Below, one piece after another: positions 38,961-48,123 of a stretch of DNA of 64,000 nucleotides. The stretch is taken from positions 4,513 to 68,512 of the IMG/VR virus record IMGVR_UViG_2511231035_000001; one strand, given 5' to 3'. The DNA comes from a virus (lineage: Duplodnaviria > Caudoviricetes). Under the pieces are notes generated by a model that saw nothing but the letters and a program-made list of their open reading frames with translations, searched no databases and had not been told where the DNA came from. The first letter of the stretch is position 1. Each line of letters starts with the position of its first letter. The translations under genes were made by a program, and so were the position numbers.

Positions 38961-39087
38961 GTGCCGGGTGCCTCCCGGTGCTCTGGCCGAACTGACAACC
39001 TCCAGAGCGGTTTTAGACTTTGAGCACCAACCGATCGTGTAATCGTTGATGCCAGTTCTCCGCGAGCGCATAGCCGCATTCACCACA
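38961..39087 (-). repeat. Inverted copy of the 127-nt pL-leader element (32232-32358)
   Basis: Gap-free manual alignment, 110/127 identical. Confidence 0.9.
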
Positions 39088-39198
39088 TCAAACCGTGCCG
39101 GGATGATGCCCGGCTTATCCACCGCCTTTACTTTTAAGCCCAATATCCTGCTGCGGTACTCCGGGCTGTGGTCGCATGTCAGCACTCCTCACGCCCTG

Positions 39199-39227
39199 AT
39201 AATTACCATATTGGTAACGCGTGTCAA
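39199..39227 (-). promoter_or_regulatory. Leftward promoter TTGACA-17-AATTAT with operator ATTACCATATTGGTAAC (39202-39218)
   Basis: Perfect -35, 4/6 -10, palindromic operator in the spacer. Confidence 0.65.
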
Positions 39228-39302
39228 ATCTTTTTCTCAGTTATTGGTAAATAAAACCCACATATGGTTTAATTTTGGTAATTCTTCAAGGGAGTTACAG
39301 CC

Positions 39303-39509
39303 ATGTGCATGGGTTCAAAACCTTCCGTCCCATCAGCCGCAGAAGTACAAGCCGCGCCACAGGCGCAGGACAGCGCCGTCATTGACGCGCGCGATGACGA
39401 AACACGCCGTCGCCGCGCTGCTGCCGGTCGTGCCTCAACCCTGCTGACTGGTTCACAGGGCGATACCTCACAGGCCAATACCAGCAATAAAACGCTGCTG
39501 GGCCAGTAA
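39303..39509 (+). CDS. Small pre-portal protein (epsilon15 gp3-like)
   Basis: MCMGSKPSVP...RRRRAAAGRASTLLTG...KTLLGQ. Confidence 0.85.
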   Translation: MCMGSKPSVPSAAEVQAAPQAQDSAVIDARDDETRRRRAAAGRASTLLTGSQGDTSQANTSNKTLLGQ

Positions 39510-39527
39510 CAACGTATCGGGGCGATC

Positions 39528-41189
39528 ATGGCTAACGAGACACTGAAACAGAAACTGAACAAGCAGCTTGGGCTGCTGAAGCAGGAAAGAACCTCTTTCG
39601 AATCGCACTGGCGCGACCTGTCTGATTTCATCAGTCCGCGTTCCAGTCGCTTTCTCGTTTCCGAAGCCAACCGCGACGACCGCCGCAACACCAAGATTGT
39701 TGACCCAACGGCAACGCTGGGTGAGCGCACGCTTGCCAGTGGCATGATGTCAGGCATCACCAGCCCGGCGCGCCCGTGGTTCAAGCTGGCGCTGCCGGAT
39801 CCGCAGATGATGGATTACGGCCCGGTCAAACAGTGGCTGGAGACTGTGCAGAACCGCATGAACGACATGTTCAACAAGTCGAATCTGTACCAGTCGCTGC
39901 CCATTGTTTACGGGCAAATCGGCACGTATGGCACCGCAGCAATGGCCGTGCTCGAGGATGACGAAGACGTAATCCGCACGTACCCATTCCCGATAGGCAG
40001 CTATTACGTTTCGAACAGTTCACGCCTGAGCATCGACACCGTGTTTCGTGAATTCCGCATGACCACGCGCCAGCTGGTGGAGCAGTTCGGCCTTGATGCC
40101 GTCAGCGAAACCGTTAAAGGCCAGTGGACAACGCAGAACACCGAATCATGGCACGACGTCATTCACGCCATTTACCCGAACGTTAACCGCGAAACCGGCA
40201 AGCTGGACGCAAAGAACAAGCGGTTCAAATCCGTTTATTTCGAGAAAGCTGGCGATGACAAGGTGCTCCGCGAATCTGGGTACGACGAACACCCCGTTCT
40301 GGCGCCGCGCTGGGAAGTGAACGGCGAGGACGCCTACGGCAGCAACTGCCCTGGCATGACTGCACTTGGTCAGGTTAAAGCGCTGCAGCTTCAGGGTAAG
40401 CGCCGCGACCAGCTGATAGACAAAGCCACCAACCCGCCGATGGTCGGGCCTTCTTCGCTCAAAGCGCAGCGTGTTTCGCAGCTGCCTGGCTCAATCACTT
40501 ACGTCGATCAACTGTCCGGGCAGGACGGATTAAAGCCGCTCTACCAGGTGAACCCGCAAACCAATGAGCTGATGGCCGCTATTCAGGACACGCGCGAGAT
40601 TATCCGCAGCTCCTATTTCGTCGACCTGTTCCTGATGCTGCAGAACATCAACACCCGCAGCATGCCGGTGGAAGCCGTCAATGAGCTGCGCGAAGAGAAG
40701 TTGCTGATGCTCGGCCCGGTGCTCGAGCGTCTGAATGATGAATTCCTTGATCCGCTGATTGACCGCGCGTTTTCCATCATGGTGCGCAAAGGCATGTTGC
40801 CGCCGGCGCCTGAAGTAATGCAGGGCATGCCGTTACGTATCGAATACATCTCCGTGATGGCGCAGGCACAGAAATCCATTGGGCTTTCCAGCCTGTCGCA
40901 AACCGTTGGCTTTATCGGCCAGCTGGCGCAGTTCAAACCCGAAGCACTCGACAAGCTCGACGCTGACCAGGCGATCGATGCCTTCTCTGAAATGTCAGGC
41001 GTATCTCCAACCGTGATTGTTCCGGATGAAATGGTCGCGCAGATCCGCAAGCAGCGCGCTGAACAGGTGCAACAGCAGCAGCAAATGCAGATGGCGCAGA
41101 TGGCGGTGCAGGGTGCTAAAGACCTGAGCCAGACCAGCACCGAAGGGCAGAACGCGCTGACAGCTATGGCGGGTGGTGCGCAGCAATGA
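39528..41189 (+). CDS. Podovirus portal (head-tail connector)
   Basis: SGITSPARPWF, APRW, LLMLGPVLERL, IEYISVMAQAQK. Confidence 0.95.
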   Translation: MANETLKQKLNKQLGLLKQERTSFESHWRDLSDFISPRSSRFLVSEANRDDRRNTKIVDPTATLGERTLASGMMSGITSPARPWFKLALPDPQMMDYGPVKQWLETVQNRMNDMFNKSNLYQSLPIVYGQIGTYGTAAMAVLEDDEDVIRTYPFPIGSYYVSNSSRLSIDTVFREFRMTTRQLVEQFGLDAVSETVKGQWTTQNTESWHDVIHAIYPNVNRETGKLDAKNKRFKSVYFEKAGDDKVLRESGYDEHPVLAPRWEVNGEDAYGSNCPGMTALGQVKALQLQGKRRDQLIDKATNPPMVGPSSLKAQRVSQLPGSITYVDQLSGQDGLKPLYQVNPQTNELMAAIQDTREIIRSSYFVDLFLMLQNINTRSMPVEAVNELREEKLLMLGPVLERLNDEFLDPLIDRAFSIMVRKGMLPPAPEVMQGMPLRIEYISVMAQAQKSIGLSSLSQTVGFIGQLAQFKPEALDKLDADQAIDAFSEMSGVSPTVIVPDEMVAQIRKQRAEQVQQQQQMQMAQMAVQGAKDLSQTSTEGQNALTAMAGGAQQ

Positions 41190-41491
41190 CCGATTTTGAC
41201 GATGACAAGGCGCTGCAGGATGCCGAACAGAAGCGTAAGAACCTGGCAGATCGTACCCGAGATGACCTGATTCACGTGATGGGAAGTCAACAGGGTCGCC
41301 GTGTTATCTGGAAACTTCTGGATTCTGCCGGCGTGTTTTCCATCTCGTTCACTGGCGACAACAACGCCACCAATTTCAATGAAGGCCGCCGCAGTGAAGG
41401 CCTTCGCCTGTTCTCCGATGTGATGGCGCACTGTCCTGATCTGTACATGACCATGGCGAAAGAAGCCAAAGAAGACGAGGAAAAATCCTGA
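41186..41491 (+). CDS. Bbp19-like post-portal protein
   Basis: QGRRVIWKLL..FNEGRRSEGL. Confidence 0.8.
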   Translation: MTDFDDDKALQDAEQKRKNLADRTRDDLIHVMGSQQGRRVIWKLLDSAGVFSISFTGDNNATNFNEGRRSEGLRLFSDVMAHCPDLYMTMAKEAKEDEEKS

Positions 41492-41940
41492 TGCCGTACA
41501 CCGATATCAAGTTTGTCCGTACCTCTTCAATTGCAGAGCTGGAAGCAATGATCCCGCCTCTGCTGAAGCAGGGATATCAGCCTTACGGCGTGGTTCAGAT
41601 CCGTAACTCGCCTAACTCACAGGGCGGCTACGACTTCTTCCAGGCAATGGTGATGGGTGACAGCTCCGTGCTGGCGGCGAATCAAAAGCTAATGACCGAC
41701 GGCGATGCCATCACCGTGCAGAACAGCGCCGGTGCAGCCGTATCGGGAACGCACAAAATTGCCATCGTGAACGGTGCGCTGGTGCTGAAACTTGATGCGA
41801 CCGTCGCGCCGCTTATCAACGGACAGGTGCAGAACAGCGTGCCTGTAACGAACAACGCTTTGCTATCCATCGGCACCACAAATCGCAAGGTCACCAGCAC
41901 GGTGGCAGCGGGTGCGCTCACCAACTTAACCATCGTGTAA
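41491..41940 (+). CDS. Extra head-module protein (possible decoration)
   Basis: Coupled to neighbours; N-terminal GYQPYG...FFQAMV, beta-rich C-terminus. Confidence 0.6.
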   Translation: MPYTDIKFVRTSSIAELEAMIPPLLKQGYQPYGVVQIRNSPNSQGGYDFFQAMVMGDSSVLAANQKLMTDGDAITVQNSAGAAVSGTHKIAIVNGALVLKLDATVAPLINGQVQNSVPVTNNALLSIGTTNRKVTSTVAAGALTNLTIV

Positions 41941-41949
41941 AGAGGTTTT

Positions 41950-42669
41950 ATGAACGCGTTATTTCGCAAGTTATTCATCCGCCACCAGTCAGAAGCTGCT
42001 TCTGCTGAGGCACCTGCTGGCGGTGATGCTGGCGGCGCAGCCGGTGGTGCAGAGCAATCAGCAACGACTCAGACCACCGATGGCGCACAGGGTGAAAACC
42101 AGCCGGGCGCAGAAGGCGAACAAAGCAAGCCTGATGCTGAAGGCGAAGGCAAGCCAGGCGAAGAGAAGGCGCCAGACGGTGAGAAGAAACCGGATGAGAA
42201 GAAGCCAGAAGGTGCGCCCGAGAAATATGAATTTGCGGCACCCGAAGGCAGCGAGCTCGACAAAGAAGCGCTGGAACATTTCGAACCAATCGCTCGCGAA
42301 CTGAACCTGAATCAGGAGCAGGCGCAGAAGCTGGTTGATCTGTATGGCAAAGAAGTAATGCCGAAGCTCATCGCCAAGCAGGCTGAGAGCTGGCAGAAGC
42401 AAACCGCTGAATGGGCGGTAGCAGCTAAAGACGACAAAGAGATTGGTGGGGAGAAATTCCCGGCCAACCTGGAAAAAGCAAAGCAGGCAATGGACAAGTT
42501 CGCCAACCCTGAATTGCGCACTTATCTGGAGGAGAGCGGCCTGGGTAATCACCCTGAGCTCATCCGCCTGATGGTAAACGTAGGCCGGGCCATGTCGGAG
42601 GACACCCTGGTTACGTCAAACGAGAAAGGCCAGCGTTCGGCGGCCGACGTTCTTTATGGCAAAAACTGA
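41950..42669 (+). CDS. Capsid scaffolding protein
   Basis: Low-complexity N-terminus; APEKYEF, GLGNHPELIRLM. Confidence 0.88.
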   Translation: MNALFRKLFIRHQSEAASAEAPAGGDAGGAAGGAEQSATTQTTDGAQGENQPGAEGEQSKPDAEGEGKPGEEKAPDGEKKPDEKKPEGAPEKYEFAAPEGSELDKEALEHFEPIARELNLNQEQAQKLVDLYGKEVMPKLIAKQAESWQKQTAEWAVAAKDDKEIGGEKFPANLEKAKQAMDKFANPELRTYLEESGLGNHPELIRLMVNVGRAMSEDTLVTSNEKGQRSAADVLYGKN

Positions 42670-42680
42670 GGAAATAAACC

Positions 42681-43667
42681 ATGGCTGTTAAAGGCTTAAC
42701 TGCGCTGACGCTGGCTGACTGGGGTAAGCGCGTAGATCCGAATGGCAAGATCGATAAGATTACTGAGCTGTTGTCTCAGACCAACCCGATCCTGCAAGAC
42801 ATGCTGATTGTCGAAGGCAATCTGCCAACTGGCCACCGCACGACTGTTCGCTCTGGTTTGCCAAACGCGACATGGCGCCTACTGAACTACGGTGTGCAAC
42901 CAAGCAAATCAACCACCGTCCAGATTACTGACTCTATCGGCATGCTGGAAAGCTATGCGGAAGTGGATAAATCCCTGGCGGATCTGAATGGCAATACTGC
43001 TGAATTCCGTCTTTCTGAGGATCGGGCTTTCATCGAAGCGATGAACCAGCAGATGGCACAGACACTGTTCTACGGTGACACCAGTGTCAACCCGCAGCAG
43101 TTCATGGGCCTGTCTTCTCGCTACTCCAGCAAAACCGCAGGCAACGGTCAGAACATTATCGATGCAGGCGGCACCGGCACAGATAACACATCGATCTGGC
43201 TGGTGGTGTGGGGTGAGAACACTGTTCACGGCATCTTCCCGAAAGGTCAGAAGGCTGGTCTCAACATGGAAGACAAAGGCCAGCAGACGCTGCGCGACGC
43301 CAACAACAACCCGTATGAAGGTTATCGTACCCATTACAAATGGGATAACGGCCTGACTCTTCGCGACTGGCGCTATGTCGTTCGTATCGCAAACATCGAT
43401 GTTAGCGACCTGTCAACGCCAGCAGCTGCAGCAAACATTGTCAGCCTGATGGTTAAAGCGCTGCATCGCATCCCTAACCGTGGCATGGGTAAGCCTGTGT
43501 TCTACATGAACCGAACCATTGGCCAGGCTCTGGATCTGCAGTCGCTCGACAAAGCATCGTTGGCGCTGAGCGTAAAAGAGACTGAGGGCGAATGGTGGAC
43601 TTCGTTCCGTGGTGTGCCAATCCGTGAAACTGACGCAATTCTGGAAACAGAAGCGCGCGTTGTTTAA
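42681..43667 (+). CDS. Major capsid protein (epsilon15/BPP-1-like)
   Basis: LTLADWGKR..HRTTVRSGLP..RDWRYVVRIANID. Confidence 0.95.
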   Translation: MAVKGLTALTLADWGKRVDPNGKIDKITELLSQTNPILQDMLIVEGNLPTGHRTTVRSGLPNATWRLLNYGVQPSKSTTVQITDSIGMLESYAEVDKSLADLNGNTAEFRLSEDRAFIEAMNQQMAQTLFYGDTSVNPQQFMGLSSRYSSKTAGNGQNIIDAGGTGTDNTSIWLVVWGENTVHGIFPKGQKAGLNMEDKGQQTLRDANNNPYEGYRTHYKWDNGLTLRDWRYVVRIANIDVSDLSTPAAAANIVSLMVKALHRIPNRGMGKPVFYMNRTIGQALDLQSLDKASLALSVKETEGEWWTSFRGVPIRETDAILETEARVV

Positions 43668-43719
43668 CGCCTGTCATTAACTGGTGGGCTGGCAACGGCC
43701 CATGCATGGAGAAACAAAG

Positions 43720-44157
43720 ATGATCCTCGACAAACTGTTGATGTTCTCCGAAGCGCAGGCGGTTACCGCAACTGCTGCTTCGACTGATGTTATCGACCTC
43801 GGTCCGATCGACGGCACCCGCCGTGATATCGGCGTTGGTTATCCTCTGGAGCTGTTCGTCAACGTGAACACCACAGCCACCGCTGCAGGTGCGGCCACGG
43901 TGAACATCCAGCTGCAGACGAGTGCAGATAACAGCTCATGGACCACGCTTACCGCAAGTGGTGATCTGGCGCTGTCTGCTCTGACTGCGGGTAAACGCGT
44001 GTATTCCACCAAAGTACCACAGGGTGTTCAGCGCTATCTGCGCATGAATTACGCCGTTGGTACTGGCCCGCTGACCGCTGGTGCGTTCACCGCCGGCATT
44101 AACCTGGACGTGGATAACAACTCACCGTATCCAATCCGTTCACGCATCACTGGTTAA
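43720..44157 (+). CDS. Capsid cement protein (Bbp16-like)
   Basis: MILDKLLMFSEAQAVTATAASTDVIDL..RYLRMNY. Confidence 0.88.
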   Translation: MILDKLLMFSEAQAVTATAASTDVIDLGPIDGTRRDIGVGYPLELFVNVNTTATAAGAATVNIQLQTSADNSSWTTLTASGDLALSALTAGKRVYSTKVPQGVQRYLRMNYAVGTGPLTAGAFTAGINLDVDNNSPYPIRSRITG

Positions 44158-44168
44158 GGGGCGCGTAA

Positions 44169-44531
44169 ATGTCACAGGAAACCGCAAAGTATCGCGTTCT
44201 GCGCCTCTCTCACATCAATAACAACCTGTGGCCGGAAGGCTCAGAAGTTGAATATGACGGTGAGCCGGGCAGCGCGCTGGAGCCACTGAACGAAGCAGCG
44301 AAAGCTGCGAAGAAGAAGGCAGAGAGCAAAGGCAAAGGGCAATCAGCGCAGGCCGTTGTGCCGAACCCGTCATCACAGCAGCCAGGTGAAGTCGACAATC
44401 CGGGTGATGACGATCTGGACAAGCTCCGCGAAGAGTACGAAGCGCTCTTTAACGATAAGCCGCATCACAACACCAAAGCTGAAACCCTCCGCGAGAAAAT
44501 CGCTGAGAAGCGAAAAGAACTCGGTCTCTGA
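44169..44531 (+). CDS. Hypothetical virion-region protein
   Basis: KYRVLRLSHINNNLWPEGSEVEYDGEPG; C-terminal HeH-like segment. Confidence 0.75.
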   Translation: MSQETAKYRVLRLSHINNNLWPEGSEVEYDGEPGSALEPLNEAAKAAKKKAESKGKGQSAQAVVPNPSSQQPGEVDNPGDDDLDKLREEYEALFNDKPHHNTKAETLREKIAEKRKELGL

Positions 44532-44543
44532 CCGGCGATAAGC

Positions 44544-44569
44544 AAGGGGCCGGTTGGCCCCTTCTTTTT
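44544..44569 (+). terminator. Terminator after the head genes
   Basis: AAGGGGCC-GGTT-GGCCCCTT followed by CTTTTT. Confidence 0.75.
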
Positions 44570-44582
44570 CAGGAGAATCACT

Positions 44583-45188
44583 GTGGCTTCCGTCATCGAG
44601 ATCTGCAACATCGCGCTGAGCCGCCTCGGCAACAGTCGCACCATCAACAGCCTGAGCGAGCAGAGTAAAGAGGCTGGTCTTTGCGATCTGCATTACGACT
44701 CTGCGCGCGAAGAAGTGCTGTCTGACTTCAACTGGAATTTTGCCACTAAGCGCGTGGCGCTGGCAGATACCGGTGATGCGCCTGGAGACTGGCAGTTTGC
44801 CTATCGTTATCCGACTGATGGACTGCGCATAATTGAAATTATGGTGCCCGGTATGCGTAATGCACCGGAGCGCATGCGAATCCAGTATGAAGTTGGCAGC
44901 GACAGTGATGGCACCGGCCGCCTAATTTACACCGATCAGCGTGATGCGTGGCTGAAATACGTGGCGAAGGTGACGGATCCGAACATGTTTGATGCACTGT
45001 TCCGCAGCGCGCTTGCATGGAAGCTCGCCGCAGAAATCGGGATGCCGCTGGCCTCCGCGCCGACGCTGGTGCAGAACGCACTCACCATGTATGCGCAGAT
45101 CATCCGCAGCGCGGGCAGCCACTCGATGAATGAAAGCCAGGAACCGGTAGAGCCGGAAAGCGAATTTACCAGCGCGAGGTTGAGCTGA
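44583..45188 (+). CDS. Tail adaptor (tail tubular protein A-like)
   Basis: ICNIALSRLG, WNFATKRVAL, FRSALAWKLA. Confidence 0.9.
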   Translation: MASVIEICNIALSRLGNSRTINSLSEQSKEAGLCDLHYDSAREEVLSDFNWNFATKRVALADTGDAPGDWQFAYRYPTDGLRIIEIMVPGMRNAPERMRIQYEVGSDSDGTGRLIYTDQRDAWLKYVAKVTDPNMFDALFRSALAWKLAAEIGMPLASAPTLVQNALTMYAQIIRSAGSHSMNESQEPVEPESEFTSARLS

Positions 45189-47659
45189 TGGCTAACAGCC
45201 TGATTCAGCCGTCGTTCGCCGGCGGTGAGATTTCTCCAAACGTATACGGTCGCGTTGACCTCGCCAAGTATTCAGTGGCGCTACGCCGCTGCCGTAATTT
45301 TATCGTGCGCCAGTATGGCGGCATTGAGAACCGCCCGGGCACACGCTTCATTGCCGAGGCCAAATATCCAAACCGTAAGTGTCGCCTGATCCCTTTCCAG
45401 TTCTCGACGGTGCAGACCTACGCGCTCGAGTTCGGGCACCTGTACATGCGCGTCTATAAAGACGGCGGGCAGGTGCTGACCAGCAGCAATGTTGTATATG
45501 AGCTGGCAACGCCCTATCAGGAAGCAGACCTGTTTAACCTGAAATTCACGCAGTCAGCTGACGTGATGACTATTTGTCACCCATCGTATGCTCCGCGGGA
45601 ACTGCAGCGTTTCGCGCATGACAATTGGGCGATCGTCGAGGTGGTGACCAAGAGCGGGCCTTTCGAAGATATCAACATTGATGATACCAAAACGGTTTAC
45701 GCGAGCGGTGAAACGGGAACGATTACCCTGACGGCCAGTAGCGCTATCTTCGGTGCTGAGCAGGTGGGCAAGCTTTTCTATCTTGAGCAGCCAGCTGTTG
45801 ACTCGGTGCCTGTATGGGAGACCAGCAAAACCACCGCTATTAACGATGTGAGGCGAGCAGACAGCAGCTACTACCGTGCTAACACGGCTGGCAAAACTGG
45901 CACGCTACGACCATCTCATACCGAAGGTATGGCGTGGGATGGGTGGGGTGGAACAGGAGATGATGACACCGGCATTCAGTGGGAATACCTGCATTCAGGG
46001 TTTGGCATCTGCCGCATCACTGCTGTTGCAGGTAATGGACTGAGCGCCACCGCCACGGTAATTTCCCGCATCCCATCCAATTCCGTGGGCAGCACCAAGG
46101 CGTCATACAAGTGGGCGCGTTACGCATGGAACAGCGTGAACGGCTATCCCGGAACGGTCGTTTATTATCAGCAGCGTCTAATCTTCGCCGCGTCTAAAGC
46201 GTTTCCTCAGACGGTGTGGTGCAGTCGCTCGGGTGACTACAAAGACTTTGGTAAAAACAGTCCGGTCACCGATGACGATCGCATCATCTACACCTATGCA
46301 GGCCGGCAGGTGAATGAGATTCGACATCTGATTGATGTCGGTTCACTAATGGCGCTGACATCCGGCGGACAGTTTCAGGTTACCGGCGATCAGAATAAGG
46401 TGCTGACACCAGCGTCATTCTCGTTTAGCTCGCAGGGTGCTGATGGTGCCAGCTCTACGCCACCAATCATCGTGAGCAATATTGCGCTATTCATCCAGGA
46501 CAAGGGCAGCGTGGTTCGCGACCTTGCCTATTCGTTTGACGTTGATGGGTATCAGGGTAGCGATCTGACCGTGCTGTCAAACCACCTGTTTCAGGGTTAT
46601 CAACTGGTGGACTGGTCGTTTACGGTGGTGCCGTACTCAGCCGCCTGGGCAATCCGTAATGACGGAATGTTGCTATGCCTGACTTATTTGCGTGATCAGC
46701 AGGTGTTTGCCTGGGCGCCGCAGCCCTCAGATGGCAAGTTCGAATCGACCTGCAGCATCAGCGAAGGCACTGAAGACGGCGTGTATTTCAGCGTGCAGCG
46801 CACTGTCAACGGTGTGACGAAGCGCTACATCGAACGCCTCAACAGCCGCCAGTTTAACGACGATCAGGACGCTTTCTTTGTTGATTGCGGGCTGAGTTAT
46901 GACGGACGCAACGCTGATACAGCGCGCACCATGACACTATCCAGCACCGGAGACTGGAAGTGGACAACCCCTATGACGCTGACAGTGTCGGGCGCGGCGC
47001 TATTCACTGCCGCTAGCGTGGGCGATGCCGTGCATCTGCCATACACCGAAACCGAAGACGGAGCGATCATTGATAAGACACTGCGCCTGCAGATTCTTAG
47101 CTACGTCAGTGGCAACGCTGTCAGCGTGCAGCCAAACCGTGATGTGCCGCTGGCATTGCAGAGCGTGGCCACTTCGAACTGGTCATTAGCTCGCGCAAAA
47201 TTCAGCGGGCTTGCACACCTTGAGGGGAAGACACTGAACGTGCTTTCCGATGGAAATGTTGAACCTCAGAAAGTGGTCACCGGCGGTTCAATCACGCTCG
47301 ATACTCCCGGATCCGTTGTGCATGTTGGCCTGCCAATCACTGCCGAGTTCGAAACGCTCGATATCAACATCAACAATCAGGAAACGCTGCTGGATAAAAA
47401 AATGATCATCTCGCAGGTTAGCCTGGTGGTGAACGCCAGCCGCGGCGTTTTTGCCGGTACCGATGGGCAGCGACTCTTTGAATATCCACAGCGGGAGTTT
47501 GAGTTTTATGATCAGCACGTAGAAGACGCCACCGGCGTTATCGATCTGGCAATTGATGCGAACTGGAGTAAAGGCGGTCGCGTCTATATCCGCCAGACAG
47601 ATCCTTTACCTCTGTCAGTGTTGGCCGTTATCCCGTCCGTCACCGTAGGAGGCCGCTGA
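45188..47659 (+). CDS. Tail nozzle (tail tubular protein B-like)
   Basis: QPSFAGGEISP, RPGTRF, beta-propeller-type repeats. Confidence 0.92.
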   Translation: MANSLIQPSFAGGEISPNVYGRVDLAKYSVALRRCRNFIVRQYGGIENRPGTRFIAEAKYPNRKCRLIPFQFSTVQTYALEFGHLYMRVYKDGGQVLTSSNVVYELATPYQEADLFNLKFTQSADVMTICHPSYAPRELQRFAHDNWAIVEVVTKSGPFEDINIDDTKTVYASGETGTITLTASSAIFGAEQVGKLFYLEQPAVDSVPVWETSKTTAINDVRRADSSYYRANTAGKTGTLRPSHTEGMAWDGWGGTGDDDTGIQWEYLHSGFGICRITAVAGNGLSATATVISRIPSNSVGSTKASYKWARYAWNSVNGYPGTVVYYQQRLIFAASKAFPQTVWCSRSGDYKDFGKNSPVTDDDRIIYTYAGRQVNEIRHLIDVGSLMALTSGGQFQVTGDQNKVLTPASFSFSSQGADGASSTPPIIVSNIALFIQDKGSVVRDLAYSFDVDGYQGSDLTVLSNHLFQGYQLVDWSFTVVPYSAAWAIRNDGMLLCLTYLRDQQVFAWAPQPSDGKFESTCSISEGTEDGVYFSVQRTVNGVTKRYIERLNSRQFNDDQDAFFVDCGLSYDGRNADTARTMTLSSTGDWKWTTPMTLTVSGAALFTAASVGDAVHLPYTETEDGAIIDKTLRLQILSYVSGNAVSVQPNRDVPLALQSVATSNWSLARAKFSGLAHLEGKTLNVLSDGNVEPQKVVTGGSITLDTPGSVVHVGLPITAEFETLDININNQETLLDKKMIISQVSLVVNASRGVFAGTDGQRLFEYPQREFEFYDQHVEDATGVIDLAIDANWSKGGRVYIRQTDPLPLSVLAVIPSVTVGGR

Positions 47660-48123
47660 TGCCAAAGGTTCAGGTTATTCCAGCAACACCAGAGCATGTC
47701 GCCGAGTTGTTGCCACACATCCGCCAGGCAGATATTGCTGAGTTCGAATCAGGCTGGGGGTTGTCTCCAGAGCAGGTGCTTGATTACGGCTTGCGCTATT
47801 CGACCGGCTGCTGGGCAGGTCTTGCGAATGACGAAGTAGTAAGCATCTTCGGTGTAACGCCTGCCAGCATACTGACTGGCTACGGCACCCCCTGGCTGGT
47901 TGCATCCGATCGCCTGGATAAATATTCCCGCGCCTTCATCCGGCACAGTCGCCCGCTGCTGCGCGGCATTCTCGAAACCTATCCACGCCTCGAAAACTAT
48001 GTTGATTCCCGCAACGTAGCCGCCAAGCAGTGGCTGCACTGGATGGGGTTCAAACTCGATGAACCTGCACCCGTAGGCCCGAACAGCATCCCGTTTCATC
48101 GCTTCACCATGGAGAAAAAATAA
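47659..48123 (+). CDS. Acetyltransferase-like virion protein (T7 gp13-like)
   Basis: LENYVDSRNVAAKQWLHWMGF. Confidence 0.75.
   Translation: MPKVQVIPATPEHVAELLPHIRQADIAEFESGWGLSPEQVLDYGLRYSTGCWAGLANDEVVSIFGVTPASILTGYGTPWLVASDRLDKYSRAFIRHSRPLLRGILETYPRLENYVDSRNVAAKQWLHWMGFKLDEPAPVGPNSIPFHRFTMEKK

Noticed and set aside
38913-39185. 90-aa ORF MLTCDHS... on the minus strand
   Set aside because: Runs through the structured element, whose other copy is not similarly coding; better explained as RNA
40613-41431. Long antisense ORFs (also 16578-17204, 51468-52148 and others)
   Set aside because: Shadows of well-supported genes on the opposite strand, with no motifs or RBS
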